From an uncultured bacterium (GTDB lineage: Bacteria > Chloroflexota > UBA5177 > JANWHV01): a DNA stretch of 64,000 nt. The DNA lies in NCBI GenBank assembly GCA_963827235.1, contig CAWHAE010000012.1, positions 512,001-576,000 on the forward strand. Reading direction: 5' to 3'. Below are positions 19,192 through 30,456 of this stretch, in pieces. Each line of letters begins with the position of its first letter. Within the stretch, counting starts at the first letter, position 1. The notes beneath the pieces are model-generated. The model was not told the origin of the DNA and did not search any database. It was given only the letters and a program-made list of their open reading frames with translations. A program made the position numbers and the translations under genes.

Positions 19192-21240
19192 CTACGCCAC
19201 GCGCATGGCCCTGACGTTGCTCGGTGTGCCTTCCTGTGCCTCGAGCGTGAACTGTGCTACCAGCTCTGACAGGCCTGCCGCCAGGTTGGCCAACTCCTGG
19301 GCGCTCGCGGTCATCTCCTCCACGCTGGCCGTCTGCTCCTCGGTGGAGGCGCTGACTTCCTCGGCGCTGGCGGCACTCTGCTCGCTGACCGCGGCCGTGC
19401 CCTCGATCTCGTGGGTCACCTGTTCGGCAGCCCCACGCATCTCTACTGCTGCCTGTCCCATCGTTTCGGTGATGCGTGAGCGCTCTGCCGCGCGCTCCTT
19501 GAGCAGATTCGTGTTCCGTGCCAGGTCTGCATTGGCCGCGGTGATACGCTCCACCTGCGCTCGCGTGCCTTCGACCACCTCCACGATGTGCTGCAGGGTC
19601 GTGCGCGTCTGCTCGCCCAACGTCGCGGTCTCGCTGACCGCGTTGCTGGCTTGCTGCATGGCAGCCACCACCTCGGTCACCCGCCGCTGAATGGCGGCGA
19701 TGCGTTGAGCGATCTCTTTCGTCTCGTTGCTGGAGCGCTCCGCCAGTTTGCGTACCTCGGCTGCCACCACGGTGAAGCCCTTGCCGTGCTCTCCTGCCCG
19801 GGCCGCCTCGATGGCGGCATTGAGGGCCAGGAGGTTGGTCTGGGCGGCGATATCGTCGATGGCCTCCACGATGGCGCCGATTTCCTGGCTCTGCTTGCCC
19901 AGGGCCGCTACCTCGTCCGCGCTGCCTTGCACGGCGCTGCGCACGCTGTCGATGCTGCCCACGGTCCGGTCTACCACAGTGCCACCGTCGCGTGCGGCGA
20001 GGGCGGCCTGGGTCGCGGCGTCCTGCACCACCGTGAGGCTGTGCGTGGCATCTTCCAGCGCCCTGTACATGCCGTTCATGGCCTCGGCTACCGGCCCGGC
20101 TGTGGCGTTCTGCTTGTCGACGCCGGTCGCCACGTCGGCGATGGCGGTGTTGAGATCGGTCACCTGCTGCAGCATCTCGGCGGCGCCGCGACTCTGCTGG
20201 GAGGCCCCGCGAGCGATGTCCTCGATCGCCTTGGCAATCTGGGTGCTGGCCTGCCCCACCTGGCCGGCGGCTTCCGCCAACTGACCGGAACCGTTCCGCA
20301 CCTGCTGCGACGACAGCGCCACCTGGCCAATCGTCCCCTGCAGACTATGGCGTGCCGACTCGTAGCTGCTGAATACCGCGTGCAGTCGTCCGAGCAGTCG
20401 ATTGCTGATCTCCGCCGTCTGGCCGATCTCGTCCTTGGTGGTGACGGGAATGGGCTGAGTCATTGCGTGGACAGACACGGTCAAGTCGTTTCGGGCGAAG
20501 GCCGCCATCGCTCCTTCCAGCGCCGCGGTACCCTTGTCGGTCATGGAGAGGAGCACGGCCTGCACGGCCTGCACGCCCTTCGTGATGGAGCGGGCGATCA
20601 GCCAGCCCAGCAGCAGGGCCAGCACGATGACCAACGCCAGCACGGCCAGCTGCTCGTTCCGGGCCGTCGTGTAGGCGGTATCGGCGTCGCGGCCGCCCTG
20701 GTCGACCGACTGCTGGGTATAGGCGACCAGTTGGTCGAGCATCGGCTCGAGCTTGAGCGCGGCGTCGCGCTCGGTCCCCAACGAGAGGGCGATGGCCTTG
20801 GCCCGGGCGGCAGGCGCCACCTTGGCGGCGTAGCTCTCGGTCTGAGCGTTCAGGGCAATCCAGGCGTCCAGGACCGGCTTCGTGTCTGCCGCGAGTGATG
20901 CTTCCTGCGCACTGCCATACGGGAAACTCTGGTAAATCGCGAACTGCTTGAGGGCGTCGGTGCGCATCGGTCCTGCTTCGCCGGCCCAGGTGGCAGCCAG
21001 CTTGGCGTCGTTGGTGATCATCGCCCCACGGGTATAGCGGATGGCGAAGTTGACGTCGCCGCTGGCTTGGCGCAGCGCATTCAAGCTGGGCACGTCGGCG
21101 GTGGTCAGCGTGTCTACCTTGGACTTGACCCCGTTCAGGCCAACCACGCCGGCACCGGCCACGACGGCTGCCAGGAGAGCGACCAGGACGAAACTGCCGA
21201 GCAGTTTGGGCATCAGGCGGAGATCGCGAATCCAGTTCAT
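19192..21240 (-). CDS. Methyl-accepting chemotaxis protein (four-helix-bundle sensor, HAMP, signalling domain)
   Basis: [40 protein letters not shown]; two TM helices; start 21240 or 21273. Confidence 0.95.
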   Translation of the reverse strand: MNWIRDLRLMPKLLGSFVLVALLAAVVAGAGVVGLNGVKSKVDTLTTADVPSLNALRQASGDVNFAIRYTRGAMITNDAKLAATWAGEAGPMRTDALKQFAIYQSFPYGSAQEASLAADTKPVLDAWIALNAQTESYAAKVAPAARAKAIALSLGTERDAALKLEPMLDQLVAYTQQSVDQGGRDADTAYTTARNEQLAVLALVIVLALLLGWLIARSITKGVQAVQAVLLSMTDKGTAALEGAMAAFARNDLTVSVHAMTQPIPVTTKDEIGQTAEISNRLLGRLHAVFSSYESARHSLQGTIGQVALSSQQVRNGSGQLAEAAGQVGQASTQIAKAIEDIARGASQQSRGAAEMLQQVTDLNTAIADVATGVDKQNATAGPVAEAMNGMYRALEDATHSLTVVQDAATQAALAARDGGTVVDRTVGSIDSVRSAVQGSADEVAALGKQSQEIGAIVEAIDDIAAQTNLLALNAAIEAARAGEHGKGFTVVAAEVRKLAERSSNETKEIAQRIAAIQRRVTEVVAAMQQASNAVSETATLGEQTRTTLQHIVEVVEGTRAQVERITAANADLARNTNLLKERAAERSRITETMGQAAVEMRGAAEQVTHEIEGTAAVSEQSAASAEEVSASTEEQTASVEEMTASAQELANLAAGLSELVAQFTLEAQEGTPSNVRAMRVA

Positions 21241-21408
21241 GCGAGTACCTGGGTCCTTTCCAGCATTGGTCATGGCGCGGCGTTGGCGGAACGGTGCGAT
21301 TTGGGACGATTCAACTCGAAGCCATCCCTCCGCCCCGATTACCTGGCGCCTGCTCCATGCTTCCGACTAGGGTTATGAGCTAGCACACTAGCACATATCT
21401 GAGTCTTC

Positions 21409-21435
21409 TTATCGGCAGAGTTGGCGCTATCTTTA
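21409..21435 (-). promoter_or_regulatory. Sigma-28 (FliA/SigD/WhiG) promoter of the MCP gene
   Basis: Minus strand TAAA-N15-GCCGATAA, an exact consensus match. Confidence 0.9.
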
Positions 21436-21671
21436 GGGCACTGTGCAGTGACACTGGAGATCTTCTTCAGTATCTCCTCGGCCGCTGCCCGGATCTGCTC
21501 CGCCGGCTCTTCACGTCGCCGCCGTAGGTCACTCACGGTCAGCACCGGGCCGGATCAGGCTCTCGGCGGGCGTGGTGACGCTGTGCACCTGCTGCCGCGC
21601 GTCACGCCGGTCCGCACGTGCTACACTCTTCCCCGGTTTTGGCAAGTTAGTGAAGCGAGTGGTTGAAGCCA

Positions 21672-22421
21672 ATGACAGTCACACAGACGGGACCTCTTGG
21701 TTATGACGACACACCGTTGATCCCGGGCTCGAGCTACAAGGTGCACGATAGTACACGCCCGCAGCCGCGCGTGGTAGCGCCGGGAACGGCGAGCACACAG
21801 GATGTCCCCGGCAAAGCGCCATCGGATGCCGTGGCGCTGTTTTCCGGCACGGACGCGTCCGGATGGGTAGGATCGGACGGCGCGCCGGTGCGTTGGAAGG
21901 TCGAAGGCGGCTACCTCCAGGTAGTGCCGGGGTCCGGGGACATATCCTCTCGAGATCATCTCGGCGACTGTCAGCTGCACCTGGAGTGGGCGGCTCCGGC
22001 TGTCGTCCTTGGCAGCAGTCAGGGTCGAGGCAATAGCGGCGTCTTCATGATGAGCCTCTACGAGATTCAGGTTCTCGACTGCTACGACAACCCGACCTAC
22101 GCCGACGGCACGACCGCCGCGATCTACGGCGAGTATCCTCCGCTGGTCAATGCCTGCCGGAAGCCCGGCGAATGGCAGACGTACGACATCATCTGGACGT
22201 CGCCCCGCTTCAATGGCGAGCAGTTGGTCTCGCCCGCGTACGTGACAGTGCTGCACAACGGCGTGCTGGTGCAGAACCACCAGGCGGCGACCGGCCCTAC
22301 CACGCACCGGAATGTGCTTCCATATGTACCGCATGCGCTCGCGGCGCCGCTGCGGCTCCAGGATCACGGCGATCTCGTGCGCTACCGTAATATCTGGTAT
22401 CGCCCACTGGCCGCCGACTAG
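21672..22421 (+). CDS. DUF1080 (3-keto-disaccharide hydrolase / hydratase family) protein
   Basis: GDCQLHLEW, GRGNSGVF, YEIQVLD, GEWQTYDI, TVLHNGVLVQ, LQDHGD.VRYRNIW. Confidence 0.9.
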   Translation: MTVTQTGPLGYDDTPLIPGSSYKVHDSTRPQPRVVAPGTASTQDVPGKAPSDAVALFSGTDASGWVGSDGAPVRWKVEGGYLQVVPGSGDISSRDHLGDCQLHLEWAAPAVVLGSSQGRGNSGVFMMSLYEIQVLDCYDNPTYADGTTAAIYGEYPPLVNACRKPGEWQTYDIIWTSPRFNGEQLVSPAYVTVLHNGVLVQNHQAATGPTTHRNVLPYVPHALAAPLRLQDHGDLVRYRNIWYRPLAAD

Positions 22422-22457
22422 CCGGCTTGGGCGCCAACAGGACAGGGAGATAGTAGT

Positions 22458-23474
22458 ATGCAACGGCGCACTGCGTTGCTCGTCGGCGCCGGCGGTATGG
22501 GTCGGGCGTGGGCTCGTAACCTCGCCGCCTGCGACGACGTGACCATCGCCGGCTGGGTCGACCTCCGGCCCGCCGCCGTGACCGAAGCGGTCGCGGAGCT
22601 GGGCCTCTCCGGCGTGTGCACCGGCGCGGACCTGGAGGAGGCCGTCACCATCGTGCGGCCGGATTTCGTGGTCGACGTCACAGTTCCCGAGGCGCACCAC
22701 GGCGTGACGCTTGCTGCCCTGCGGCATGGGCTGCCGGTGCTCGGCGAGAAGCCCATGGCCGACAGCATGGAGCGGGCGCGGGAGATGGTGGCCGCCGCCG
22801 AGCAAGCGGGATCACTGTACATGGTCAGCCAGAGCCGCCGCTACAACGCCGGCCTCCAGGCATTGCGCCGGCTCGTCGTCGACCACGTTGGCCCGCTTGG
22901 CATCCTCAACTCGGACTTCTACCTTGCCCCGCACTTTGGTGGATTCCGGGACGTGATGGCCAGCCCGCTCCTGCTGGATATGGCCATCCACACCATGGAC
23001 GCGGCCCGCTATCTCTCGGGCGCCGACCCGCTGTCCGTGTATTGCGAGGAGTTCAATCCGCCGTGGAGCTGGTACGGCGGCAACGCGTGCGCCACGGCTA
23101 TCTTCGAGATGACGGGCGGCCTGCGCTACACCTACCGCGGCAGTTGGTGCAGCGAGGGCCGGCGAACTTCGTGGGAAGGTGAGTGGCGCGCAGCCGGTCC
23201 GCACGGCACGGCGACATGGGATGGGAACGACGACATTCAGGCTGAGGTCGTGGAGCCCGCCGAGGGTTCCCAGTCGATCACGCGGTCCATTAAAGGCACC
23301 GTTGACGAGGCATTCGTGGGCGGCATCGCCGGCTCCCTGCGCGACTTCTTGCATGCGCTGGACACCGGGGAGACGCCCATGGGAGAGTGCCACGACAACA
23401 TCAAGAGCCTGGCCATGGTGTTTGCAGCAATCGAGTCGGCGTCCACGGGCAGGAAGGTGCAGGTGACCATCTAG
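22458..23474 (+). CDS. Gfo/Idh/MocA family oxidoreductase
   Basis: LVGAGGMG Rossmann motif; GEKPMA; DMAIHTMD. Confidence 0.92.
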   Translation: MQRRTALLVGAGGMGRAWARNLAACDDVTIAGWVDLRPAAVTEAVAELGLSGVCTGADLEEAVTIVRPDFVVDVTVPEAHHGVTLAALRHGLPVLGEKPMADSMERAREMVAAAEQAGSLYMVSQSRRYNAGLQALRRLVVDHVGPLGILNSDFYLAPHFGGFRDVMASPLLLDMAIHTMDAARYLSGADPLSVYCEEFNPPWSWYGGNACATAIFEMTGGLRYTYRGSWCSEGRRTSWEGEWRAAGPHGTATWDGNDDIQAEVVEPAEGSQSITRSIKGTVDEAFVGGIAGSLRDFLHALDTGETPMGECHDNIKSLAMVFAAIESASTGRKVQVTI

Positions 23475-23695
23475 TCGTACGCTCGTACAGGCGAGCATAT
23501 GAGGGATCTGATCCCGGACCCGTAGGTGGCCGGGCCAATGTCACGCACCTGAGCTGGCACGGGATCGCGGCGCAGAGCGGCTGGAACTCCGGCATCGCCG
23601 CGCGATCGGCTGGCGAGACCGTCGCCCCGCTGTTCTGCAGCGGCGTGGCGGCCGACATCCAGCTCGCCGCAGCATTCCCATTAGCCGGCGGCTAC

Positions 23696-23896
23696 TCACT
23701 CGCCGTCGCCTCCTTCAGCTTGGCGGACTTGCCAGCAATCATCGCAGAGCTTGCCGTTACCTTGGTCGGCTCGCCTCGTCGCGGACGCGTCAATCTGCCT
23801 GCCGCACCAGGTTTCCGTGTCGCCGGGCGTCGCGTAGTGAACGACGTCGTTCTCAGGCCATGCTACGATCTCGAACCGCGCCGAAGCCGCTTTCAT
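23696..23896 (-). CDS. Small putative zinc-binding protein (66 aa)
   Basis: AGGAAGGAAGG RBS; TGcTAGAGT extended -10 near 23960-23968; VHY...TWCG...LCDDCW (H, C, CxxC). Confidence 0.55.
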   Translation of the reverse strand: MKAASARFEIVAWPENDVVHYATPGDTETWCGRQIDASATRRADQGNGKLCDDCWQVRQAEGGDGE

Positions 23897-24054
23897 CGCG
23901 CCTTCCTTCCTGCACCTCGCTACCGTTATCAGACCCGTGCACCGTAACGGCATAGCCCCACTCTAGCACTTGCGCGCGGCAGGGGAAAGCTCGCGGCAAG
24001 AATCCACTTCATGACCGCCCCACGGCGGATAGAGGCCGCGGGCGCCGCGCTGGG

Positions 24055-24285
24055 TCACCTTGCTGCTGATTGACGAGCTCCCTTCGGCCGGACCATGAAG
24101 GGCTTGCCGTTCGTCGTGATCGCGGTGACCTGCCACCTCCAGGCATACCCCGACGTGCACGACGTGTCCGCCTTGCCGTCATCGGTCGGGTACAGTCTCG
24201 CGCACCACAGGTCCGGGTATAAGGAGTCGGCGGCCGGCATGCCGTTCGCGGACCTGACGTTGGAGCCGGGGACGCGCGCGTTCAT
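24055..24285 (-). CDS. Hypothetical small protein or gene remnant
   Basis: 76 aa with strongly GC-biased third codon positions; no clear RBS. Confidence 0.35.
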   Translation of the reverse strand: MNARVPGSNVRSANGMPAADSLYPDLWCARLYPTDDGKADTSCTSGYAWRWQVTAITTNGKPFMVRPKGARQSAAR

Positions 24286-24631
24286 CTTCCAGTCAATGGG
24301 GATGATACGGGAGCGGAGTTCTTACCGCGAGGGAGGGTGTGCGTTCGTGCGCGCCGAACGCCGAGAGTGCGTGTGCCAAGGCGATTCTGGCGGCCGGTGG
24401 ACCGGCCGCCCGGGCTGTGCGCGATCCGGGCGCCATGTCGCCGGCGAAGGGCAGAACTATCGGCGCGGAGAGCGAGAACAGGCGAGGGCGGTCGTGCCTC
24501 ACCCAAGGAACGCCGGTAAGGACTATACTGTGGAAATCGGCCGCGTGGCCACACGGCAGTGTGCGGCGGGTGAACTTTGCCTCGCGGGGGGCTGTTCCCG
24601 ATAAAGCGCGCTCGTCGAGAAGGTAGTCACC

Positions 24632-25327
24632 ATGTCCATCACCGCACCCGACCCGCTGTCCCTGGTTATCGTCGATGACCAGCCGATCTTTCGCGCCGGT
24701 GTCCGCTCCGCACTCCGCTCGACGGACGACTCCATTGAGGTCGTCGGGGAAGCGCAAGACGGGCAGGAGGCGCTCAGACTGGTGGAGGAGCTCGCCCCCG
24801 CCGTCCTTCTGCTCAACGTCGAAGTGGATGGCCTCAACGGGCTGCAAGCCATCCGCGATATGCGCCGCGCCAGTCCCAATGTCGCCGTCGTGTTTATGAC
24901 TTCGCAACTCGACGACGAGCAGCTTTTCTACGGTATCAAGTACGGTGCCGCCGCCTATGTGCCCAAGTCAATCGATATTCAAGAGCTCTGTGTCATCTTG
25001 CACCGTGTCGCCCATGGCGACTACCTGATCAATGACACGGTGTTGGCCAAGCCGGTCCTCGCCAGCCAGCTGCTCAACGCCTTCCGCTCCCTTGCCGAAG
25101 ACCACGAGCCGGCTGACCCCGCACTCTATCGGCCCCTGTCCGTCCGCGAGATCGAGGTTCTCGAGTATATCGCCAGGGGCAACTCGAACAAGGCCGTTGC
25201 CGCGGCGCTGCACATCAGCGACCAAACCGTGAAGAACCACGTCACGTCGATCATGCGCAAACTGGCGGTCAATGACCGTACACAGGCGGTGGTCTACGCG
25301 CTGCATCAAGGCTGGATCAGAGCGTGA
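24632..25327 (+). CDS. NarL/LuxR-family response regulator with Asn at the phosphoacceptor position
   Basis: IVDDQPIFRAG, VLLLNVEV, FMTS, YVPK; HTH LSVREIEVL..IARGNSNK.VA..L.IS.QTVKNHV. Confidence 0.92.
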   Translation: MSITAPDPLSLVIVDDQPIFRAGVRSALRSTDDSIEVVGEAQDGQEALRLVEELAPAVLLLNVEVDGLNGLQAIRDMRRASPNVAVVFMTSQLDDEQLFYGIKYGAAAYVPKSIDIQELCVILHRVAHGDYLINDTVLAKPVLASQLLNAFRSLAEDHEPADPALYRPLSVREIEVLEYIARGNSNKAVAAALHISDQTVKNHVTSIMRKLAVNDRTQAVVYALHQGWIRA

Positions 25328-25554
25328 GTGTGGCGGCGTCCTTGTCCGTCTGCGTGAATGTGCCAGGGCGAGCGGAACGTTGTGGGCGACAGGCAGCTCG
25401 CTGCCGTGGCAGGCGGCCCACCGGCACGATGCGCCGGGTGGTGCGTTCGGCACCGGTCAAGCTCCGGTCGACCAGGAAGGGCACTCTCGCTCTCTCACGG
25501 GCCCTCGTATGAAACGGCGCTGCAACAGCGCACCTACCTGGTCGGAGCGGACGG

Positions 25555-25857
25555 TCAGCGCGGCGCCGCGGCGTGGCGTGCTCTTGGCCCTGCCGTGACA
25601 ACGCTCCCGTGCCTATCATACTTCGTGGTACTGAGCACGGCAGGCTTGACTGAAAGCGAGCGCAAGGACTCCTCAACCAAGATGTAGCCGTCGAACGCTT
25701 GCACGGTTGAAAGACGCTTCACGCGGTTCTCCGCGCACGATCGCTCGGTAAACGTGCCGATGGCCACTGTGGTTGGCGTCGGTCCGCCTGCATGTGCGGC
25801 ATCATCATTCCGAGTGGCCTGCAAGGTGAAGTGGCTGGTGGCTGGAAAGAAATTCAT
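25555..25857 (-). CDS. Hypothetical protein (100 aa)
   Basis: GGGAGG upstream of ATG 25857; protein-like composition; no motif recognised. Confidence 0.35.
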   Translation of the reverse strand: MNFFPATSHFTLQATRNDDAAHAGGPTPTTVAIGTFTERSCAENRVKRLSTVQAFDGYILVEESLRSLSVKPAVLSTTKYDRHGSVVTAGPRARHAAAPR

Positions 25858-26291
25858 AGTCGTGCTCGCGCCTCCCAAGGTATGCGTTGCGCAGCCCAGG
25901 CACTATATGCCCGGTGCGCCGCTAGACTACAGGGGTGACGCTCGGCACGCAACCGGCCTGCATACTCATGGTACAGCTGTTTGGCGCATCGCGCTGCGCA
26001 CTGACACGGCAGCAGCCGGAAGGCCCGGTCCACGCAGGGAATCCGCCAAACCCAATGGCGCGGCACAATCTGTGCCGGCATCGCGTGCATCGGCAACACC
26101 GTGTGCGGAGCAGCGCGACACGCACGGCGGCGTACGGTGCGAGGGCATCGCACCCCGCCGGCGCATCGATCGAAGCCGGTTGGCCTGCCTGCGCGGTTGC
26201 GGCTGGCCTGAACGAGGACGGGAGCAGTCGAGTTCCGGGCTCACCGGTCTGATTGCACTCGAGCCGGTGCGGTGCCCTCGACCGATCGGCT

Positions 26292-28979
26292 TTACATGTC
26301 ACGAGGGCGCGGGACCGTGAAGTGATACAGGCCCGAGCCAATGGTCAGCACCACGCGTCCTTCCTCGATCTCTTCGCGCATGAGACCGGCTGCTTCGGCC
26401 GCCGGGGTATCGCTTTCGCGCACTGCATTTAAGCCTGGCGCCGGCAGGTACACCCTCGCCGTAGTGTTTACCGGGACTTCTACATCGACGTGGAAGTCCC
26501 GTTCAGTTAGCCGCCACGAACAGCGGATGCGACCGTAAAGCGATCGATGTTCTGCCTCCACCCAGGTGAGATCGCCGAGCAGATGGGGTCGAATGCTGAA
26601 GCGCTGGAATCCCGGCTTTGCCGGTTCCGGGTTGACACCGGCGAGTACCTTGAATAGCCAGGCGCTGATATCGCCGAACATGATGTGGTTCAGCGAATTG
26701 CGGCCCTCCCAGTCTTCCCAGAGCGTGGTCGCTCCCTGCGCGATCCAATGCCCCCAGCTTGGGTACGTCGTCTGCGTGGCGAGGGCGAAGGCGACATCGG
26801 CACGGCCGTGCTCGCCGAGCACGTTCAACACGTATTTCGTGCCCAGAATGCCGCAATCCAGGTGGCAGTCATGCAGCGCGATCGCCCTGAGTAGGGCACC
26901 GACGACTCTGGCCTGCTCAGCAGGCTCAGCGAGCCCCTGAAATAGCGCGCAACCCTGTGATGTCTGATCGCCGCCGGCATAGCACCCCTGTTCGCGGTCA
27001 TAGAACGTCGCGTTGAAGGCGGATTTCACGTCCTCCGCCAGGTCCGTGTACCGCCGGGCATCGTCTTCTTTGCCCACCAGGCCGGCAATCCGTGCGATCA
27101 GCCGGCAGTTCGCGTAGTAGTAACTGGTCGAGGTCAGAGCTACCGGGGAGTCGTGCCCATCCGCCTTCCTTCCCGGCGGGCACCAGTCACCCAGGCCGAA
27201 AGAGACAATGTGGTCTGTGGCCATGCCGGTCAAGTAGTCCACATAGCGTCGCATCCGGTCGTAGTGGGTCTCCAGTACGCGCCGGTCGCCGCTGTAGAGA
27301 TACAGATACCAGGGAATGTGCGTGTAAGCGCTGTCCCACGCCGGCCCACTGGCCCAGTTGAAGCCCCAACCCCCGGTGGGCACGATGCCGGGCAGCTGCC
27401 CGCTGGCACGCTGGACATCGGCGAAATCCGCCAACCATTTCGCGTAGGCGGTCTGCGGCGCGAAGTTCAGCAGGCCCGTCTCCGCGGCCAGCTGCGCATC
27501 GCCGGTCCAGCCATTCTTCTCGCGATGCGGGCAATCGGTGGGAATGCCCACGAAGTTGCTCAGGTACGACCAGCGCGTGCATGCCTGGATGGCGTTGAGC
27601 AAGGGGTTCGAGCATCGGAACTCGCCCGCCGAATCCATGGCCGTGTGCACGACGCGGCCGCGCACGTTCTCAAGGGTTGGAACGCCGGGGAAACCCGTTA
27701 CCTGCACGTAGCGGAAGCCATGGTAGGCGAAACGGGGCTCCCAGACCTCATCTCCCAGACCCTTCAGGGTATATCGGTCCGTCTGGCACTCTCCGCTGGA
27801 GATGAGCGTGTCGATATTCGACTGGTCTACATCGCCGTCGGCCGAGAGCTTCTCGGCATAGCGCAGCGTTACCGTCGTGCCGGCAGCACCACTTGCGGTC
27901 AGCTTCGCCCAGCCGGCGAAGCTCTGGCCCAGGTCGTAGACGAAGACGCCGGGCTCTACCTCCGTGACCGAGACAGGCGCCAGTGTCTGCATCACCTTGC
28001 ACGGCGGCATCTGTTGCGCAGCCAGTATGCCGCCAGGGCCGGGCACCACCCTGGCGGGCAACCAGTCGCTCGCGTCATAGCCGGGAATCAGCCAACCGGG
28101 TTTCTCCAGGCGTGCGTCGTAGATCTCCCCGTTGCGCAGCCCGTCGAGGACGATCGGTCCCGCCGCCGTCTTCCAGGTGATGTCGCTGCCGATCGTTTTC
28201 GTGCTCCCGTCGGCGAAGGTCAGGCAGAGCTGCACGAGGAGCTTGGGCCGGTCGCGCCAGGGGGCCTTTTCGAAGTCCCAGGCACACGCGGTGTGGCAGT
28301 CGTACCAGCCGGTCCCAAGCATCACGCCGGCCGCGTTCTCTCCCGTTCTCACGAGCGAAGTGATGTCGTGGGTGACGTACAGTGCGCGCTTGTCGTACTG
28401 GGTGACCGCAGGATCCAGGACGTGGTCGCCGACCTTGTGACCGTTGAGGTACAGCTCGTAAAACCCCAGCCCACAGATGTAGGCCCGCGCCGACACGACA
28501 GGCTCATTAAGGCTGAATTCCTGGCGGAAAAGTGGGCCGGGACCGGCGGGCGCGCCCTCCGGAATCGGAATCTGGGGTGCGTCAATCCACTGCGCGTGCC
28601 AATCGTGCTCGTCGAGCAGCCCCATCTCCCACCAGCTCACCTCACTGAACGGTCCTTCCCGGCCGTCGCGGTCCCAGGCACGTACCTTCCAGTAGCACTG
28701 TACGCCCGAGTGCAAAGGTGCGCCGGCATAGACGACATGGACCGATTGGTCAGAAACCACGCGGCCGGAGTCCCACAGGTCAGCACTATCCGCCTGCAGG
28801 AGCTCCGGCGTGCTGCCCACCAGAATCTGGTAAGCCGTCTGTCGCTGCCCACGCTCTTCTGCATGCAGCTCCCAGCCGAGGCGCGGAGCGCGCGTATCGA
28901 CACCCAGGGGTCTGATCGCATATTCGCAGCTCAGCAGCGCGGGCCTGAGCGTGGCCGTCCCGCGGGCAGACTCGGTCAT
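26292..28979 (-). CDS. Alpha-L-rhamnosidase, GH78
   Basis: PTDCPHREKNGWTGD, GLGDWCPP, GATTLWEDW, SLNHIMFG; N-terminal Fn3 and RhaA domains. Confidence 0.93.
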   Translation of the reverse strand: MTESARGTATLRPALLSCEYAIRPLGVDTRAPRLGWELHAEERGQRQTAYQILVGSTPELLQADSADLWDSGRVVSDQSVHVVYAGAPLHSGVQCYWKVRAWDRDGREGPFSEVSWWEMGLLDEHDWHAQWIDAPQIPIPEGAPAGPGPLFRQEFSLNEPVVSARAYICGLGFYELYLNGHKVGDHVLDPAVTQYDKRALYVTHDITSLVRTGENAAGVMLGTGWYDCHTACAWDFEKAPWRDRPKLLVQLCLTFADGSTKTIGSDITWKTAAGPIVLDGLRNGEIYDARLEKPGWLIPGYDASDWLPARVVPGPGGILAAQQMPPCKVMQTLAPVSVTEVEPGVFVYDLGQSFAGWAKLTASGAAGTTVTLRYAEKLSADGDVDQSNIDTLISSGECQTDRYTLKGLGDEVWEPRFAYHGFRYVQVTGFPGVPTLENVRGRVVHTAMDSAGEFRCSNPLLNAIQACTRWSYLSNFVGIPTDCPHREKNGWTGDAQLAAETGLLNFAPQTAYAKWLADFADVQRASGQLPGIVPTGGWGFNWASGPAWDSAYTHIPWYLYLYSGDRRVLETHYDRMRRYVDYLTGMATDHIVSFGLGDWCPPGRKADGHDSPVALTSTSYYYANCRLIARIAGLVGKEDDARRYTDLAEDVKSAFNATFYDREQGCYAGGDQTSQGCALFQGLAEPAEQARVVGALLRAIALHDCHLDCGILGTKYVLNVLGEHGRADVAFALATQTTYPSWGHWIAQGATTLWEDWEGRNSLNHIMFGDISAWLFKVLAGVNPEPAKPGFQRFSIRPHLLGDLTWVEAEHRSLYGRIRCSWRLTERDFHVDVEVPVNTTARVYLPAPGLNAVRESDTPAAEAAGLMREEIEEGRVVLTIGSGLYHFTVPRPRDM

Positions 28980-29525
28980 GGTGATCCCCTTCTTTTACGA
29001 GAAGAGTGCGAGCCGATTCCCGGCCCCACCCCTCGCGCGGTAACATCTCGCGTGTCCTGCGATGCAGGATCTCGCTCTCGGTGTCGACTGCCAGACCAGT
29101 GGATCGCTCGAACCTTGCGATGTCTCCCCATGTGTCCGTGGTCGCAGAATAGTACCGCGACACGGCGACTTCGCCCGCATGCATGGGTCGGGCGTCGCCA
29201 TGTGCTCGTCGAGCGCAACCATCTGCACCTCATCTCTTGCCGTATCTTGGAATATACCGCGCCTCGCTCTCTGAACCGTCTCAGCGGATGGATCGCGAGG
29301 CCGACCCTCACGCTGACGCCGAGACCCTCTGCGGAGTCGACGTGATTGGATGTGGAGCGCCGCCCAGCGATGACGGCTAGAACGCCGAGCCGGTTGTTTC
29401 CGCCACGCTTGCTCGGCGGTGTGTAGAGCGCCGGGCCGCGGTTGCCGGACTCGTTGTCACGCGCGGTGCACGACGGCAATCGCAGGTGGGTACTATCTAC
29501 AGGTAGCAGCACGACGGGAGTGGCT

Positions 29526-30443
29526 ATGAACGACGGGCCGCAGGCTCAGCGGGAGGCATTGTACCGATTGTTGGGAGATCTGCCGGCGCGCTCGGGACCG
29601 CCGCGCGCGGTGAAACTCGATGAGACGGCGCAGGCCGACTACGTGGTGGAAACACTGGTGCTCGATCTGAACGGCCTGGAGCCGGTGCCTGCCTACCTGG
29701 CCCGACCGCGCGCAGGCACAGGCACGGGGCGAATGCCGGCCGTGCTGTACAGCCATGCGCATGGGGACGACTACGCACTCGGCAAGCAGGAGTTGCTGCG
29801 CGGTCGCGCCGCCCTGCAACAACCGCCCTACGCTCAAGCGCTGACTCGCCAGGGCTATGTTGCCCTGTGCATCGACGCCTGGGGCTTCGGAGAGCGCTAC
29901 GGCCGGACCGAGTCTGAGATCTTCAAGCAGATGCTGTGGGAGGGCCGGGTCATGTGGGGCATGATGGTCTTCGACAGCTTGCGTGCGCTCGACTATCTCG
30001 GCACCCGCGATGACGTGGACCCTGCCCGCTTAGCCGCACTGGGCATGTCGATGGGCAGCACCATGAGCTGGTGGGTGGCTGCCCTCGACGAACGAGTGCG
30101 AGTGTGCGTGGATCTGTGCTGCCTCACCGACTACCAGGCCCTCATCGAGACGCAGGGGCTGGACGGGCACGGGCTGTACTACTACGTGCCTCGGCTGCTG
30201 CAGCACTTCAGCGCGGCTGCTATCAATGCGCTGATCGCCCCGCGCGCTCACCTGAGCCTGGCCGGCTCATTCGACCGCCTGACTCCGGCAGCAGGGCTAG
30301 ATCGTATTGATGCGCACCTGCGACAGCTCTATGCGGACCTGGGCACTCCCGAGGCCTGGCAGCTGCAGCGTTACCGGGTCGGTCACCTCGAGACTGCGGC
30401 GATGCGCGCGGCGGCGCTTGCCTTTCTTGCCCGGTGGCTGTAG
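29526..30443 (+). CDS. Alpha/beta hydrolase (dienelactone hydrolase / YtaP-like esterase)
   Basis: GMSMG nucleophile elbow; HAHG; C-terminal GH.ET; GGGAG RBS. Confidence 0.85.
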   Translation: MNDGPQAQREALYRLLGDLPARSGPPRAVKLDETAQADYVVETLVLDLNGLEPVPAYLARPRAGTGTGRMPAVLYSHAHGDDYALGKQELLRGRAALQQPPYAQALTRQGYVALCIDAWGFGERYGRTESEIFKQMLWEGRVMWGMMVFDSLRALDYLGTRDDVDPARLAALGMSMGSTMSWWVAALDERVRVCVDLCCLTDYQALIETQGLDGHGLYYYVPRLLQHFSAAAINALIAPRAHLSLAGSFDRLTPAAGLDRIDAHLRQLYADLGTPEAWQLQRYRVGHLETAAMRAAALAFLARWL

Positions 30444-30456
30444 GAAGGACGGCTGC

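Noticed and set aside
24578-24604. Second sigma-28 promoter before the response regulator
   Set aside because: CCCGATAA resembles the -10 element, but there is no TAAA at the 15-nt spacing.
27153-29345. 730-aa plus-strand ORF
   Set aside because: Antisense to the well-supported GH78 gene; shadow-ORF composition.
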